Shown piece after piece: positions 52,001-61,863 of a stretch of DNA of 64,000 nt. A program made the position numbers and the translations under genes. The notes under the pieces are model-generated. The model had not been told where the DNA came from. It ran no database searches and saw nothing but the letters and a program-made list of their open reading frames with translations. Numbering within the stretch: the first letter of the stretch is position 1; the number at the start of each line of letters is the position of its first letter. This DNA comes from Phoronis australis (lineage: Eukaryota > Animalia > Phoronida): the NCBI GenBank assembly GCA_002633005.1, contig NMRA01000017.1, positions 926,807 through 990,806 of the forward strand. The letters are read 5' to 3'.

Positions 52001-55000
52001 TTAAATTTTCATCAATCTATGCAATGTTCTTTATTCTCAACTTACAACAGTTATGTACGGTACTCGTTTAAATTGAGACACCTCATTACAGCGTTCTGTC
52101 GTTCAGTAACTTTTCCAGACGTGAGGGGTGCTGAATGTGCGATAACATCTGGCTCTTTTGTAACTGCCCAGCTCAGTCGTTTGTCCCGTATGATAACAAG
52201 CAGGCCAATTATCTCCCAGGCTTCAATGGAAACGTATGGTGGTTGCACGCTATTATTGAACGCATATGAACACAATCAAACCCAGTGAGTTGGTAATCCG
52301 TTTGGACAGAATAGATTGTCTTCTGTTGTAGTTGGGCGATTTTGGTGGTTTAAAAACGGAACATGATCAGTATTTGACGAGGAATTCAGAAATGCTATTG
52401 GTTTAAGCTCAAATATGTTAGAACTCAACTTACATTTTTATCACCCCAGCCCAGTCAGTCTAGATACGATCTGATCGGAGATTAGAGAGCAATTATCAAA
52501 CAAAAGAGCGCAGGCCCTCCAACCATCAATGCCAGATTGGAGTTAATCAGTCGTGTAAGATATTGGCTACGGGGGTAAACTTCCCAACTTGTTGTTGGGC
52601 TATAGAATCGAACAAGTTGGGAGCAACGGAATGTCGCCGTCATGTCAGTGATCTAGTAGAGGAGATTAAGCTGAATCAAGAGTCTAAAAATGTAGAAGTC
52701 GGGGCTGGGTGACCTAAATGACTGATGCAAGTTCACGCTCAAAATGTTCAATTGACATCAGCTACTTTAAACATTATTTGCATGACGCACTGTTTTTAGA
52801 CAAAAAGCAGGCATGTGGCCTCATAGTTGGTAGTAGGTAAGCGAATTGTGCAGTTTTGGTAGCTGATTCTCTGTATGAGAGGAAAGTCATGAATGTATGA
52901 ATAGGAAATAGGCAATGCAACCGAGCACGGGCATTTAAAATCAAAATTTAGGAAATTTGAGGGTAATAGACGTTTAGTCAAACAAGGACATTGATGTGGA
53001 CAAGTACATTAGATAACAGGTGAAAAGTTCTTCAGTCTAAATTAGTAACAATTTCTGGCCTGACAGTCCATGCCCGTTATTCAGTGGAGAAAAATGGATC
53101 TCAAAATGCAGGCAAGTTATAACCAGACTATTGCCCTGGCTGTCTTTCAGTGACTCTAACATTCAGCTCAACAATGCAAGACCCTCTTTGATGTCCAAGT
53201 CAAACGTATTTACATGTTATAAGAAATCAACTTCAGTATTCTAATACTAATTTGGCCAAAAGTCAACACACTGTTAACAAAACGAAAAGGATATGCATAC
53301 TCTGGAAGACGACACTTAAAAAATTATGCAGTGAGAGTAAGACAGTGTCCTGCCACTGTGTATTAAAGTTGAGTGCAAACGTTGGGTTAGTCTGGGGAGA
53401 CTTGATGTAAGGCAAGACTGAAACATAAAGTAAGAACAATCAGTAATTATAATACATTTGTCGTGGATTACACAGCAATAGAACTTTTCTTGGTACTAAA
53501 GATAAGATAGCTTGTGCCTTTCAGTTGTTTTTTCACAGGTCATGTCAGGAACCGTCAAGGTATATGGCCATGCAAACATTCCAGACTTCAACTGTTTAAA
53601 AGTACCGGAATTGAAAGGGTTTCTTCAACAAAGGGTATATTTGGTTCAAAGTTAACCTGATGGACTTCTTTTATCCACCTGGGCAGAGTGGCACAAAGCT
53701 TCAAAAGTTGTCCGCTGAATAAGTTTGATTGTTGCATGACGTCACGTGCATTGTTCAACAATAACCACGTGACGCGTGATAATGCGACGTCATTGTTGAT
53801 ATACGCCATATAATTTAAATGCAACTGGGTCCAGCTCTACACTTGCTTGAAACTGATTGGTGTTGGGAAGGCGAAAAACTTAACATCACGCACTCATAGA
53901 TATTTTTCAAGTTAATTAAACTTTCTCTCGTTGGAGTTGCAGCCCGCAGTAACATTTTGTTGGCATCAGAAGGATGAATAGATTAATTCAGCAGGGAAAA
54001 ACTTGAAAAGAATACGACATCAACAAAGAACATGCGGAACTGCAATGACGTGAAAACCCTGCAATTATATGTTAAATGCTCGACGGATATTGTGGGATTG
54101 TGGGTAAATACAGAGAGATTCGAGTGCCGTTGTGTAATTCGAGATGGTCCTACTACGAGCACAGATAAATATTGTAAAGCACATGGCAACTGTTGCCAAG
54201 TGCCAATAATAATTACAACTTACAAAACCTGCTTAAATTTTCAATAATCGAAAATATTTTACAGGAAATCAAAGACCATGCCCGTGCTTTTGAAATTGAT
54301 GAGTTAGTTGGTGGCTGCTGATCAATGGACGTTTCCCTATATCTCATGTGTTCAACTCAAACCATAAACCAGATTGCATATAATTGTGTTGTGATAAATC
54401 AAAGCATTGATATGGTATAAGTAAAAATCATTAGTCTTCTCTTCAGATTTAACAAAAGATCACGTGAGGAGACTTACATATGGCACCCAAGAAGACTTAC
54501 TTCATTAACACAAGTCTCACAACCTATTTTCAAAACCCGTATCATAATTCTGGACACACCAAAAGTAATCAAAGACTTTTTCCCCCTAACCACAGCTGAG
54601 CACAAGCGCAATACCCATCATGACAACTAAGTGGAACTGACAAACATACCAGAGTTGTCGGCAGACAAGCCCATCTGGGTGACTATGATATCTCCTGGGC
54701 ATATATTTGGAAAAAATATGGATGGTTGAATCCCAAACATATCAGATCTCCAGTTCCATTTTCTCCGACTACTAAATGGACATTTTGGTTGTGCCAAATT
54801 GATCTTGTGAGACTTTTCAACTACAGTGACTTGAACCACATCACAAAATTGTCTACCTGTGTATCACTACTCACCAAACCAGTCCCTCCAATCACTGTGA
54901 CCCTGAAGGTCAAGTGCCAACCTCTCAAAGAACTCATTGACTTTGTCTTGACGATTACTCTCCACCGCTTTTACGATGTAGAATTTGAGCAAGCTCGTCT

Positions 55001-57602
55001 CCAGCTTACGCACGCTCGATGCGTACGTCTGCTCAAGTCTAGAGAAGACCCGCTGGTCAAGATAGGACCAGTGTTCACGTAGCTGAGTCAAATCATGACC
55101 GTTGATGCAAGACAGGAACTGTTCAACTATTTTATCAACCTGAAGAAGAGGACAAAGAGCATTACGAGTTGAGCCGTTGGCCGGCTACTGACGGGCTAAT
55201 TAAAATGTGTAGGAAAAGGAATATGTTGACCTTCAAAGACGAATTTTTCCATGTGAAAATCCCATTTTCTAATGGACAATGGTGTGACCCAAAAGTTGCA
55301 AAGACACATTCCGGGTCTATAATTTTCGTGAGCAGGCCTTTATGCAGCGTACGTCCTGGGTGTCCAAATGGACGCCCTGGTACTATTATGGACGCTCTGG
55401 CAAGGACGCCCAATGTATCATTTGGACGCCCACTGTCAAGGGGAATCTTTCAAGTTTGAACACACACATTGTAATGATTACTAGGAAACTAGGAAGTCTC
55501 TGAAGGCTCAGTGGGGAATCTTTTTTTCAAAGCAGTATATACAATGTTGCTATGCTCACACTTGGTTGATAGCATTGTAAAAGCTGGGGGTGGGGGGTTA
55601 CGCGTCGGAATTATGGACGCCCTGGAATATTGGGAACCCCATTTTGGACACCCTATTTTCGAAATCCTGGATAAAGGCCAGTTCGTGAGGGAACTTTTAT
55701 CAACGTGTAGAGTAAACAACTGGATAGAGTACATACATAATCTGGGAGTCAACCCACATTCACATTGTCCATTGCAACAGTTTAAGTGAAAAACAACCTA
55801 TTAAACCTCATTTCCTTGCATTATTCTGTAGCTTTTGTAACAAAGAAAAGTCTGTAACTTGAAAACAGTATGCTTGTAACATCTGCACATGCCATTCGCT
55901 CATTTTGTGACATCATTCAGGAGATGAAGACAATTTTATTGATGAAAAATTTAATCATAAATTTACTTCCCTGTTGAAAATACTAAGAACTTGTAATAAA
56001 TTGAAATCAATTCCAATAATTTGTTGTGAAATATACCTAACTTTTTTGAAAAACAGTTGATCAAAGAATTGGCAAAAAAGAGATTGGTCAATAGACAGGG
56101 ACAGGGCCGGTGATGCCTCTACTTTGGGGCTGAATACTAGTACTGACCCATCCTCCCCCNCCCCCCCGAGACATATTTAAAATTCATTCAAGACTCCCCT
56201 AGTCAGGTCCAAAAATTCACTTCAAGTGATAAAAAATTCCTCTCAAGTTTGAAATTGCTTTAACTCGCACAGCCTCTCGGCTTCAGTGGTAGGCCTGCAG
56301 GTTGGTTACACTTACCTTTCTCTCAGGTGAGCGAAGGACTGATAGGTGACACTTACCTTTCCCTTGGGTGAGTGACAACCTGACAGGTGATGCTGCAATT
56401 CGACCCATCTCATTGCTTCCCAAATACCGGTAGTATTTTTTTGCACCTTTTAATTATCTTATTTTTATGTCATATTTCATTTTGCCACTGTTCCACAGCT
56501 TTACATTCATACAGTTTGTTCCAGTTATGGGTTTATGGCAGCTTTAAGCCATGCTGGCGAAGCATCATCTACAGAAAATCTTCCCACAATGACTCATTTG
56601 GCTAATGCATCCAAACCATCTTAGTGAGCTTCGCTGCCTCACTCTACGTAATCCTGTATTTTAAAAGTCTAAAACTTATGCGAAAACTTTTTAGTTGACA
56701 AATCTGTCGAGAGTGGGAATAGATGACGCATTATGCCCTAGTCTGTTGCTACGGCAATAATACGTCCTACCGCACTATGTATGCATTTAAGCCACATGTA
56801 TAAAGTAAAGTAATTGCCTTGAAGACACTGATGTTGTAACAATGTTTTCAGTACTCATTCTAGTTCCGGCTGTGTGATTTGCCAATAGAATTTTTTGGAT
56901 TATGATCAAATTGTGTTGACTAAATTGTCTTCAAAGTCTTAGTTTGGGTAAAAGTTGAATAAAAGGGTCCCTCTTGAAAATGGCTGACAGGAATCAGTTT
57001 TCACTGAGTCACGGCAATGCCCATTCAGTGAAAACTGGTCATTTTGAGGAGGGACCATTTTACCCATTGGTAAGTGCAAAGTATAACTGACATATGTATG
57101 CCGCACTTGTTATTGTTTGCGTTTTTACAGGAGTAGCTTATACTGGAGGAGTGCCAACGCTTCTGGCTAAACCAGAGGTGGTGTATAACTGTGGAAACAA
57201 CTGTCATCCACGGCACTGAAGCCAGGCAAGTCACTACTGACTAGGCCTACCTTCCGCAGACGCAATAATCTCGCGAAAACGTACTATGCAAGCATTCCAA
57301 GTGAAGCATGTGATCACAAAAAACAATCTCGCGAATCGCTTGCGTCTACTAAACTCAACGCAGATAAGGACTGATCATATCCATGAGGCATCATCCGTCC
57401 AATTGTTTTGAACCGGAAATGGTGTTTTTTGTAATTATCGTTAATGAGAATTTAAGTCAAACACAAGAAATAAACCTACCCTTAGTCCACGATCTCTGTC
57501 TGCTTTTAGTTCTGTTTCTAAAGTTCTCACTGTAGAAGTAAAGCCTCGAAACAGCAAATACTCTTTCACCATTTCATCGAATCTTCCGCTTCCAGTAGCC
57601 AT
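37089..57602 (-). CDS. WDR91: WD repeat-containing protein 91 (N-terminal LisH-like helical region, low-complexity linker, C-terminal WD40 propeller), 17 exons, 789 aa
   Basis: Exons 57602-57480, 55139-54875, 53417-53295, 50676-50594, 49636-49515, 48699-48546, 47190-46984, 46046-45924, 45352-45170, 43551-43457, 43126-43030, 41774-41680, 41047-40927, 39989-39881, 38710-38598, 38069-37872, 37247-37089 (TGA); total 2370 nt. Recognised peptides: [23 protein letters not shown]...[111 protein letters not shown]. Confidence 0.96.
39491..39858. mobile_element. MITE family B, complete copy with TA target-site duplication
   Basis: TA|CGGTAAAAAATTCTAAAGTTTGGGACA ... TGTCCCAAACTGGAGAATTTTTACCG|TA. It ends about 20 nt from a WDR91 splice donor. 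Confidence 0.85.
41473..41591. repeat. About 120-bp foldback (miniature inverted-repeat element)
   Basis: TATAGGGACTAGAGTAGTTACCTATCG ... CGATAGGTAACTATTCTATTCTATTCCCTATA. Confidence 0.75.
42430..43000. mobile_element. Two adjacent family A MITE copies in opposite orientation
   Basis: 42430-42663 (TA CAGTACATGACAAAAG...TTTGTACTG TA, inverted relative to the 10184 copy) and about 42755-43000 (TA CAGTACAAGCTG...). Confidence 0.7.
44490..44915. mobile_element. HINE/DINE-1-like (Helentron-associated) element with about 2.5 internal units of 145-156 bp
   Basis: GTCCATCCATGTGTC microsatellite-like lead followed by units starting ATTATCTCAA at about 44550, 44706 and 44851, with ATGAAATTTG cores. 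This architecture is typical of DINE-1/pearl-like elements. Confidence 0.6.
47274..47490. mobile_element. Family A MITE, degenerate copy
   Basis: TA CAGTAAAACCAAATGTAGACAAAATGACGCAAAATT ... AAGTCATTCTGTAATT ... TGTCTGATTAC. Confidence 0.6.
47490..47625. repeat. 20-bp degenerate minisatellite (6-7 units)
   Basis: TGTAGTGTACCTGACTGTCA-like units. Confidence 0.75.
47957..48266. mobile_element. hAT-like non-autonomous element with apparent 5-bp target-site duplication
   Basis: AATAC|CAGTGGTGGATTTAGG ... CCTGGATCCGGCCCTG|AATAC, with G/C-run-rich subterminal regions. Confidence 0.7.
50718..50782. repeat. 19-bp tandem repeat x3
   Basis: TGTCCCATGGGAGTGCTCT-like units, about 25 nt from the U12 branch site. 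Confidence 0.75.
51184..51476. mobile_element. MITE family B, degenerate copy inside the U12 intron
   Basis: TA CAGCAAAAATTCTCAAGTTTGAGTCA ... AGTCCAAAATTGGACAATTTTAACTG, with internal AATTTGGGACA. Confidence 0.6.
51669..51746. repeat. 39-bp tandem duplication
   Basis: ATGTTTAGCCAAGTTACTATGGAGCATCA(A/T)AGTCTAGA twice. Confidence 0.85.
52095..52625. repeat. Unclassified dispersed repeat, copy 2 of 3 (inside the U12 intron)
   Basis: Same blocks and orientation as 15525-15985. Confidence 0.85.
53610..53966 (-). pseudogene. Decayed THAP zinc-finger coding remnant (probably from a P-element- or Kolobok-type transposon) in WDR91 intron 2
   Basis: From the ATG at 53966, allowing frameshifts and stops: [32 protein letters not shown]..., then ...[18 protein letters not shown]. 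This follows the THAP pattern M-P-x-x-C-x-x-x-G-C...F-x-F-P...W...LC. Confidence 0.55.
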
Positions 57603-57726
57603 GTTTGTGTTCAAGTGACCTTTGACCTACTTTCGAAACTGCTGGTTCATGGATTCAGGTTACCCGAACAACACGACTCGAGATATTTGCTGACGGAAAA
57701 ACACTAAGCCACCCTTGTCGTACTCG
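57603..57726 (-). promoter_or_regulatory. WDR91 5' UTR/proximal promoter
   Basis: CpG-enriched. AAACATGGC (YY1-like) overlaps the ATG, and AGGTCAAAGGTCA (DR1-type) lies at 57628-57616. Motif matches only. Confidence 0.4.
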
Positions 57727-58012
57727 GTTGTAGTTTGGCGATTTTGGCGATTCAAAAACTAAACATGATCACCATTTGACGACTCAGAAATGCTATTGGT
57801 TTATGTTCATATAAGTAATAACTTAACTTTTATTTTTAAGAGCACAGCCCATTGGAGATTAGAGCAATTAGGCCTATCGAATTCGAATAAAAGAGAGCTG
57901 GCCCTCCAACCATACTGCCAGAATGGAGTTAATCAATCGCCGGTGTAAGATATTGCCGGGCTACCGGGGTCATCTTCCCAAGTTGTTGGATCGAACAAGT
58001 TGGGGGCAACGG
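57727..58012. repeat. Unclassified dispersed repeat, copy 3 of 3 (partial), about 125 nt upstream of the WDR91 ATG
   Basis: GGCGATTTTGGCGATTCAAAAACTAAACATGATCA...TCAGAAATGCTATTGGTTTATGTTCA...GGAGATTAGAGCAATTA...GTGTAAGATATTG...TCGAACAAGTTGGG shared with copies 1 and 2. Confidence 0.85.
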
Positions 58013-58778
58013 GAAAACGCTGTAGAATGGTATAGTTCGGTAGCATCCTATGCCGTATATGTTCATTCCACTTATTGCCTGATGATGAGACATGTCAGTC
58101 TCGAAATATAGCTATTTATATTTTTTTTAATGTGTTTGTTTTGTCTCTCTGTGTTTTACTATAGGCATTCATCGCTGCACACCTGAAGAATCGAGATTGT
58201 TCCGACATCACGATCAGCGGACCAGTATCAAGCATGCAAACAAAAAGTCTAGTCGTGTTTTCAACATACTACATAAATACATACGTTAATAACGGATTCG
58301 ACATTGACTGATAGATAACTTCTTTCTGCTTTCTCGTATTAATTGTCTAAAATACTCCTTGTGTGCGGTTCGCTCCTACTTAGCACCGCGAGACGCCGTT
58401 TCATGCAAAGTAAGCCTACAAACAATAGGAATTTTGTTTTAAAAGTTGATTAGAACGCACTGCTTTGAATGTACAATACCTTCGTCGAAGGCAAGAAATA
58501 AAATGAGACCTTCCCTTCGATGAACAATGTAGTCTGCATATTCTGCGATCTAGTTTCCTATCGTTAGTTCTTTTAACGATGTCGCTCGGGGAGCTGCCTT
58601 GCTTCACAGATGCGATCCGCACACAAGAATTATTTTTAGACAATGCGAGAAATGCAGAAAGCAATTATCTAACAATGAATGTTTAATCGTTTTCAACGAA
58701 GTCTGCATTCGAGAGGAAATAGTTCCAACATATATTAAATACATACGTACATTCATACGTGACATCATCGTGGCAGCC

Positions 58779-58930
58779 GATTCCTGAAGTATTATCCAAG
58801 AAAAAAGGCAAAGAGAAAGAAAAAAAAAACACGGAGAACGTGTCAAATATCAAAAACAGCAATCATCAAAGACTCGAATTCACGACCTGGCGGATTGAGC
58901 ACGCGTGCTTTACCACTGCACCACCACGAT
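58779..58930 (-). mobile_element. tRNA-like Pol III cassette (SINE head or part of a non-autonomous element), copy 1
   Basis: Minus strand: TGGTGCAGTGG (A box, 58923-58913), GAATTCGAGTC (B-box-like, 58881-58871), then a T-rich tract and ACTTCAGGAATC. No complete cloverleaf. A near-identical truncated copy lies at 62048-62172. Confidence 0.65.
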
Positions 58931-60729
58931 TTCACTCATAACTTGATAGTAAGCGACCTACTTGATAATGGTCCACAGCGTTTGCGCGCGAAACCTACTT
59001 CTTTTTGTTATGCTTATTACACTTTTTATATTTTGTGCAATCAGTTCGTAACAAATTTGTTGTATTTAAAATAGTTTTCAATAGTCCAAAAGACCAGATC
59101 TCTTTTTTGTGTTGGCATTAATGACGCGATTGCTTTGGAAATCGTCTTAAGTTAAGGTTTGACAAAGAGAGTATTATGAGTTTCTGAGTGATTCACTAAG
59201 GCTATTGAGTATTGATCTACACCCTATACAATTTGAAACCTTACACAAATAAGCAATCAGAAAAACAATGTTAATATTTGTTCCAAATGTCTGTCAGGAA
59301 AATGTTTTTGTAAATATCTCAATCTCTAAACAATCAGAAGCTTAAGTGTCGATGTCTATGCTTCCATTTTCAGGGCCAAGGGATCTGTTGGTATCAAAAC
59401 AAAACGTAACACTCAGTATTAAACTTAAATGACTGGGTATTTAAATTTCATTGAATGTTTCACAAGCCAATCGCTGAGACATGACCGTTTCCCTACGTTT
59501 AATGTCAGCATTCAAGTGTAATTTGCACGCTAATTCCTTATCTCTGTTTTGTCAAAGTAGTTAAAAACACAACATATAACGACGGTAAAGTTGGTTGAAA
59601 ATTGCCAAATGTTTTTAAGAACGATTTTTTTTTGGCGCCAATGCTGAAAATCACTGAAACGTGTCCAGTAAGTATTGTGAGTAGTATAGTAAGAGGTTTA
59701 GGACACCCGTTTTTGCGGCTCCTCGGTCAAAGGTCATAAGTCCGAGAGGAAAGGTCAAAGGTCACATAGGATGGATGCAATCGGAAGGGACATCATCCGC
59801 CTACCGGACGGATGTATTAATGACGTCACACCTCATGTCATGACGTAATAGGTTTAATTAGACCAGTTAGAGAGGCACCTCGATGCTTTCGTGGCACGTT
59901 TTTGCGGCTCCTCGCAACGGATTGAGAGCCGAAACAAAAGAGGGATTACGCTGCCGAATAAGAACAAAAGGTACCTTATTGCGCGTAGGCCAAGTCAGTG
60001 TCGTCGTTGTATATTGTTTACATCGATCAAAAACAAATGTCGTGTATATTACGCTACGAAAGGGGATAACCACCCAAATCAACAACTGCTTTGTTGATCG
60101 GTTGCTTTGAAATTGATGATGTTTTCATATACTTACAGACCAACCTGCTTTCTAGTAAGCTCTACTGGAATTTGAATGTGTGTGCGACAGTAATTTTCAT
60201 AGAAGCGCGCGAGTTCAAAATTAAAAGCATGCACGTCCCTGGGGCGTGCAAATTGGAAGAAGCTCCAATGCCCAGCTGTTGATAGATAAAAACCCTGCAA
60301 CTGCAATTGAATAGAGGAAATATGCTTCTGCTAGTCACATTCCTGCATTTCTTTGCTTTCTGGTGAAGCTGGTCCACAGGTTGTACTTGAAACTCGCACT
60401 TTATCCAGTCCCGAAGAAATATTGGTGACGTAATTTTGATAATCGAGTGGATTATCTGCAACTAGTAATCTGATTTGTTTGTGCAAGTGAATGCTTTTGT
60501 TTATTTGTTCTGTACCTTTGCCCATCAGCCTAAAATCAGAGAAACGCTTGAATTGCCCATGCATTTTATTTAAGCACACTCAGTGGTTAAAATTCAGCTC
60601 ACAGCAGAAAAGTAGTGGCTGTGGGAAATACATGGATATGCAGCGAACGTATTTTATACTATCTAAAAAAACAACAAAAAACGAAAAGCGCTCAGCAAGG
60701 AGCTTGTAAATTAGTCCATTAGGTTCTAG

Positions 60730-61275
60730 CTATTCGTATTCGGCGGCAATGCAGCACAACATTCTTTGCCATCGTGGAACGACACTATGGCCTTTGGTGG
60801 AGGGACTTGTGAAGACTTTGGTAGTGCGGTCATTTTTTCTGAATGTCATCTTCAATTTCTTGAAGAAACCCTGTTTAACAATTTGTGCATCGTTAGCGGA
60901 AGCGGAGGTGCTGGTGTTCTCTGAAACGTCAAGACTTACTGCATCAGAAGATGTCGCATTGTTGGGCAATTCTGCGACACCATATGGGTTGCTGTCGTTC
61001 TCACGAATGCATACAACGTCACCTGATTTGTCGGTGCGAGATTTCGTAATCACGATGTCCTCAGCATCACGTTGAGGGCTACAGAAGCTTCTTGTGACAT
61101 GTTTGGCAGGACAAATTGCACTGGAGTAACGCCGCGGGACCAGTCGGCTTGACGTTTTCCAGAAGTCGACCATGAACGCTGTCTGGTTTGTAAGGAATTG
61201 GAGGTCTAACGATGGTCTCTTCGATATCAGTATCGGTTTCCTCCGCGACCTGAGTTTTCTCTGGCTTGTTAACAC
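60730..61275 (-). CDS. Overlapping orphan ORF (181 codons, +1 frame), likely C-terminal part of the same gene
   Basis: No ATG start at 61275. It overlaps the upstream ORF by 197 nt. The distal part is Ser/Thr/Asp-rich, then GFFKKLKMTFRK...PRWQRMLCCIAAEYE*. Confidence 0.5.
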   Translation of the reverse strand: MLTSQRKLRSRRKPILISKRPSLDLQFLTNQTAFMVDFWKTSSRLVPRRYSSAICPAKHVTRSFCSPQRDAEDIVITKSRTDKSGDVVCIRENDSNPYGVAELPNNATSSDAVSLDVSENTSTSASANDAQIVKQGFFKKLKMTFRKNDRTTKVFTSPSTKGHSVVPRWQRMLCCIAAEYE

Positions 61276-61747
61276 TGCATGTAGCCGACATTGGATCTTT
61301 TCTCTCCAGTAACTGGGTCTCTGAGGTTTCCCATGCGTTGTTCTGCTCGATTTTTGTCGCCTTTTTCTTCTCGCATTCTATGAAATACTCGATGGGGGCT
61401 GTTTGCTTGTGGGTTATGCGGTTTGCTTCAGATTTGCGGCATAACAACTCACCCTGATAGCAACGCAAGTCATTTATGTATCCATTGTAGATTTCTTTTA
61501 CTCTAATATCAGGCTCCGCTTCATTGAGAGCGATAGCAGCGTCCAATACTTCGGCCAACCATTTTTCATCGTCGATGTTTGTGCAATGGTCTGCGTTACC
61601 GAACATGAAGCTCCACACAAAAGATACTACTTTATCAGTCATTCTCAAAACAGATTGAGAAATACAACTAACACACCACACTAAATACAATGTCATATTT
61701 TCAAGCAAATTTTCTAATTTCCATCCGGTAGCCATTTGTAGGTCCAT
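61079..61747 (-). CDS. Orphan intronless ORF (222 aa), likely N-terminal part of a frame-split gene; hydrophobic N-terminal segments then an acidic/charged region
   Basis: ATG-initiated 222-codon ORF in AT-rich DNA with protein-like composition (DDEKWLAEVLDAAIALNEAEP...). No family recognised. Confidence 0.55.
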   Translation of the reverse strand: MDLQMATGWKLENLLENMTLYLVWCVSCISQSVLRMTDKVVSFVWSFMFGNADHCTNIDDEKWLAEVLDAAIALNEAEPDIRVKEIYNGYINDLRCYQGELLCRKSEANRITHKQTAPIEYFIECEKKKATKIEQNNAWETSETQLLERKDPMSATCSVNKPEKTQVAEETDTDIEETIVRPPIPYKPDSVHGRLLENVKPTGPAALLQCNLSCQTCHKKLL

Positions 61748-61863
61748 TATACAAATGATTAATGATTACGTACAATGTACGTCAACAATAACACGTCGTC
61801 ACAAATCAAAGACGTCATTGATGTCGAAAAAGTCTCAAAGTTTGCTAGCTTTTGGTTTGACAG

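Larger units (their letters stand above)
50677..53294 (-). other. U12-type (minor spliceosome) AT-AC intron, WDR91 intron 3, 2618 nt
   Basis: On the minus strand: exon ...AGT ATG C|ATATCCTTTT (53294-53285) ... TTTTCTTAAC (50694-50685, branch site) TAAGTCAC|CC GTT CCT. Splicing restores FQSMPVP in frame. Confidence 0.93.

Noticed and set aside
56153-56167. Poly-C tract containing an N
   Set aside because: An assembly ambiguity in a homopolymer, not a biological feature.
58865-58935. Functional tRNA gene
   Set aside because: A- and B-box-like motifs are present, but there is no acceptor-stem pairing or proper anticodon arm, and it is part of a dispersed repeat.
60749-61457. Plus-strand ORFs 60749-61075 and 61266-61457
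   Set aside because: They are antisense shadows of the longer minus-strand ORFs.
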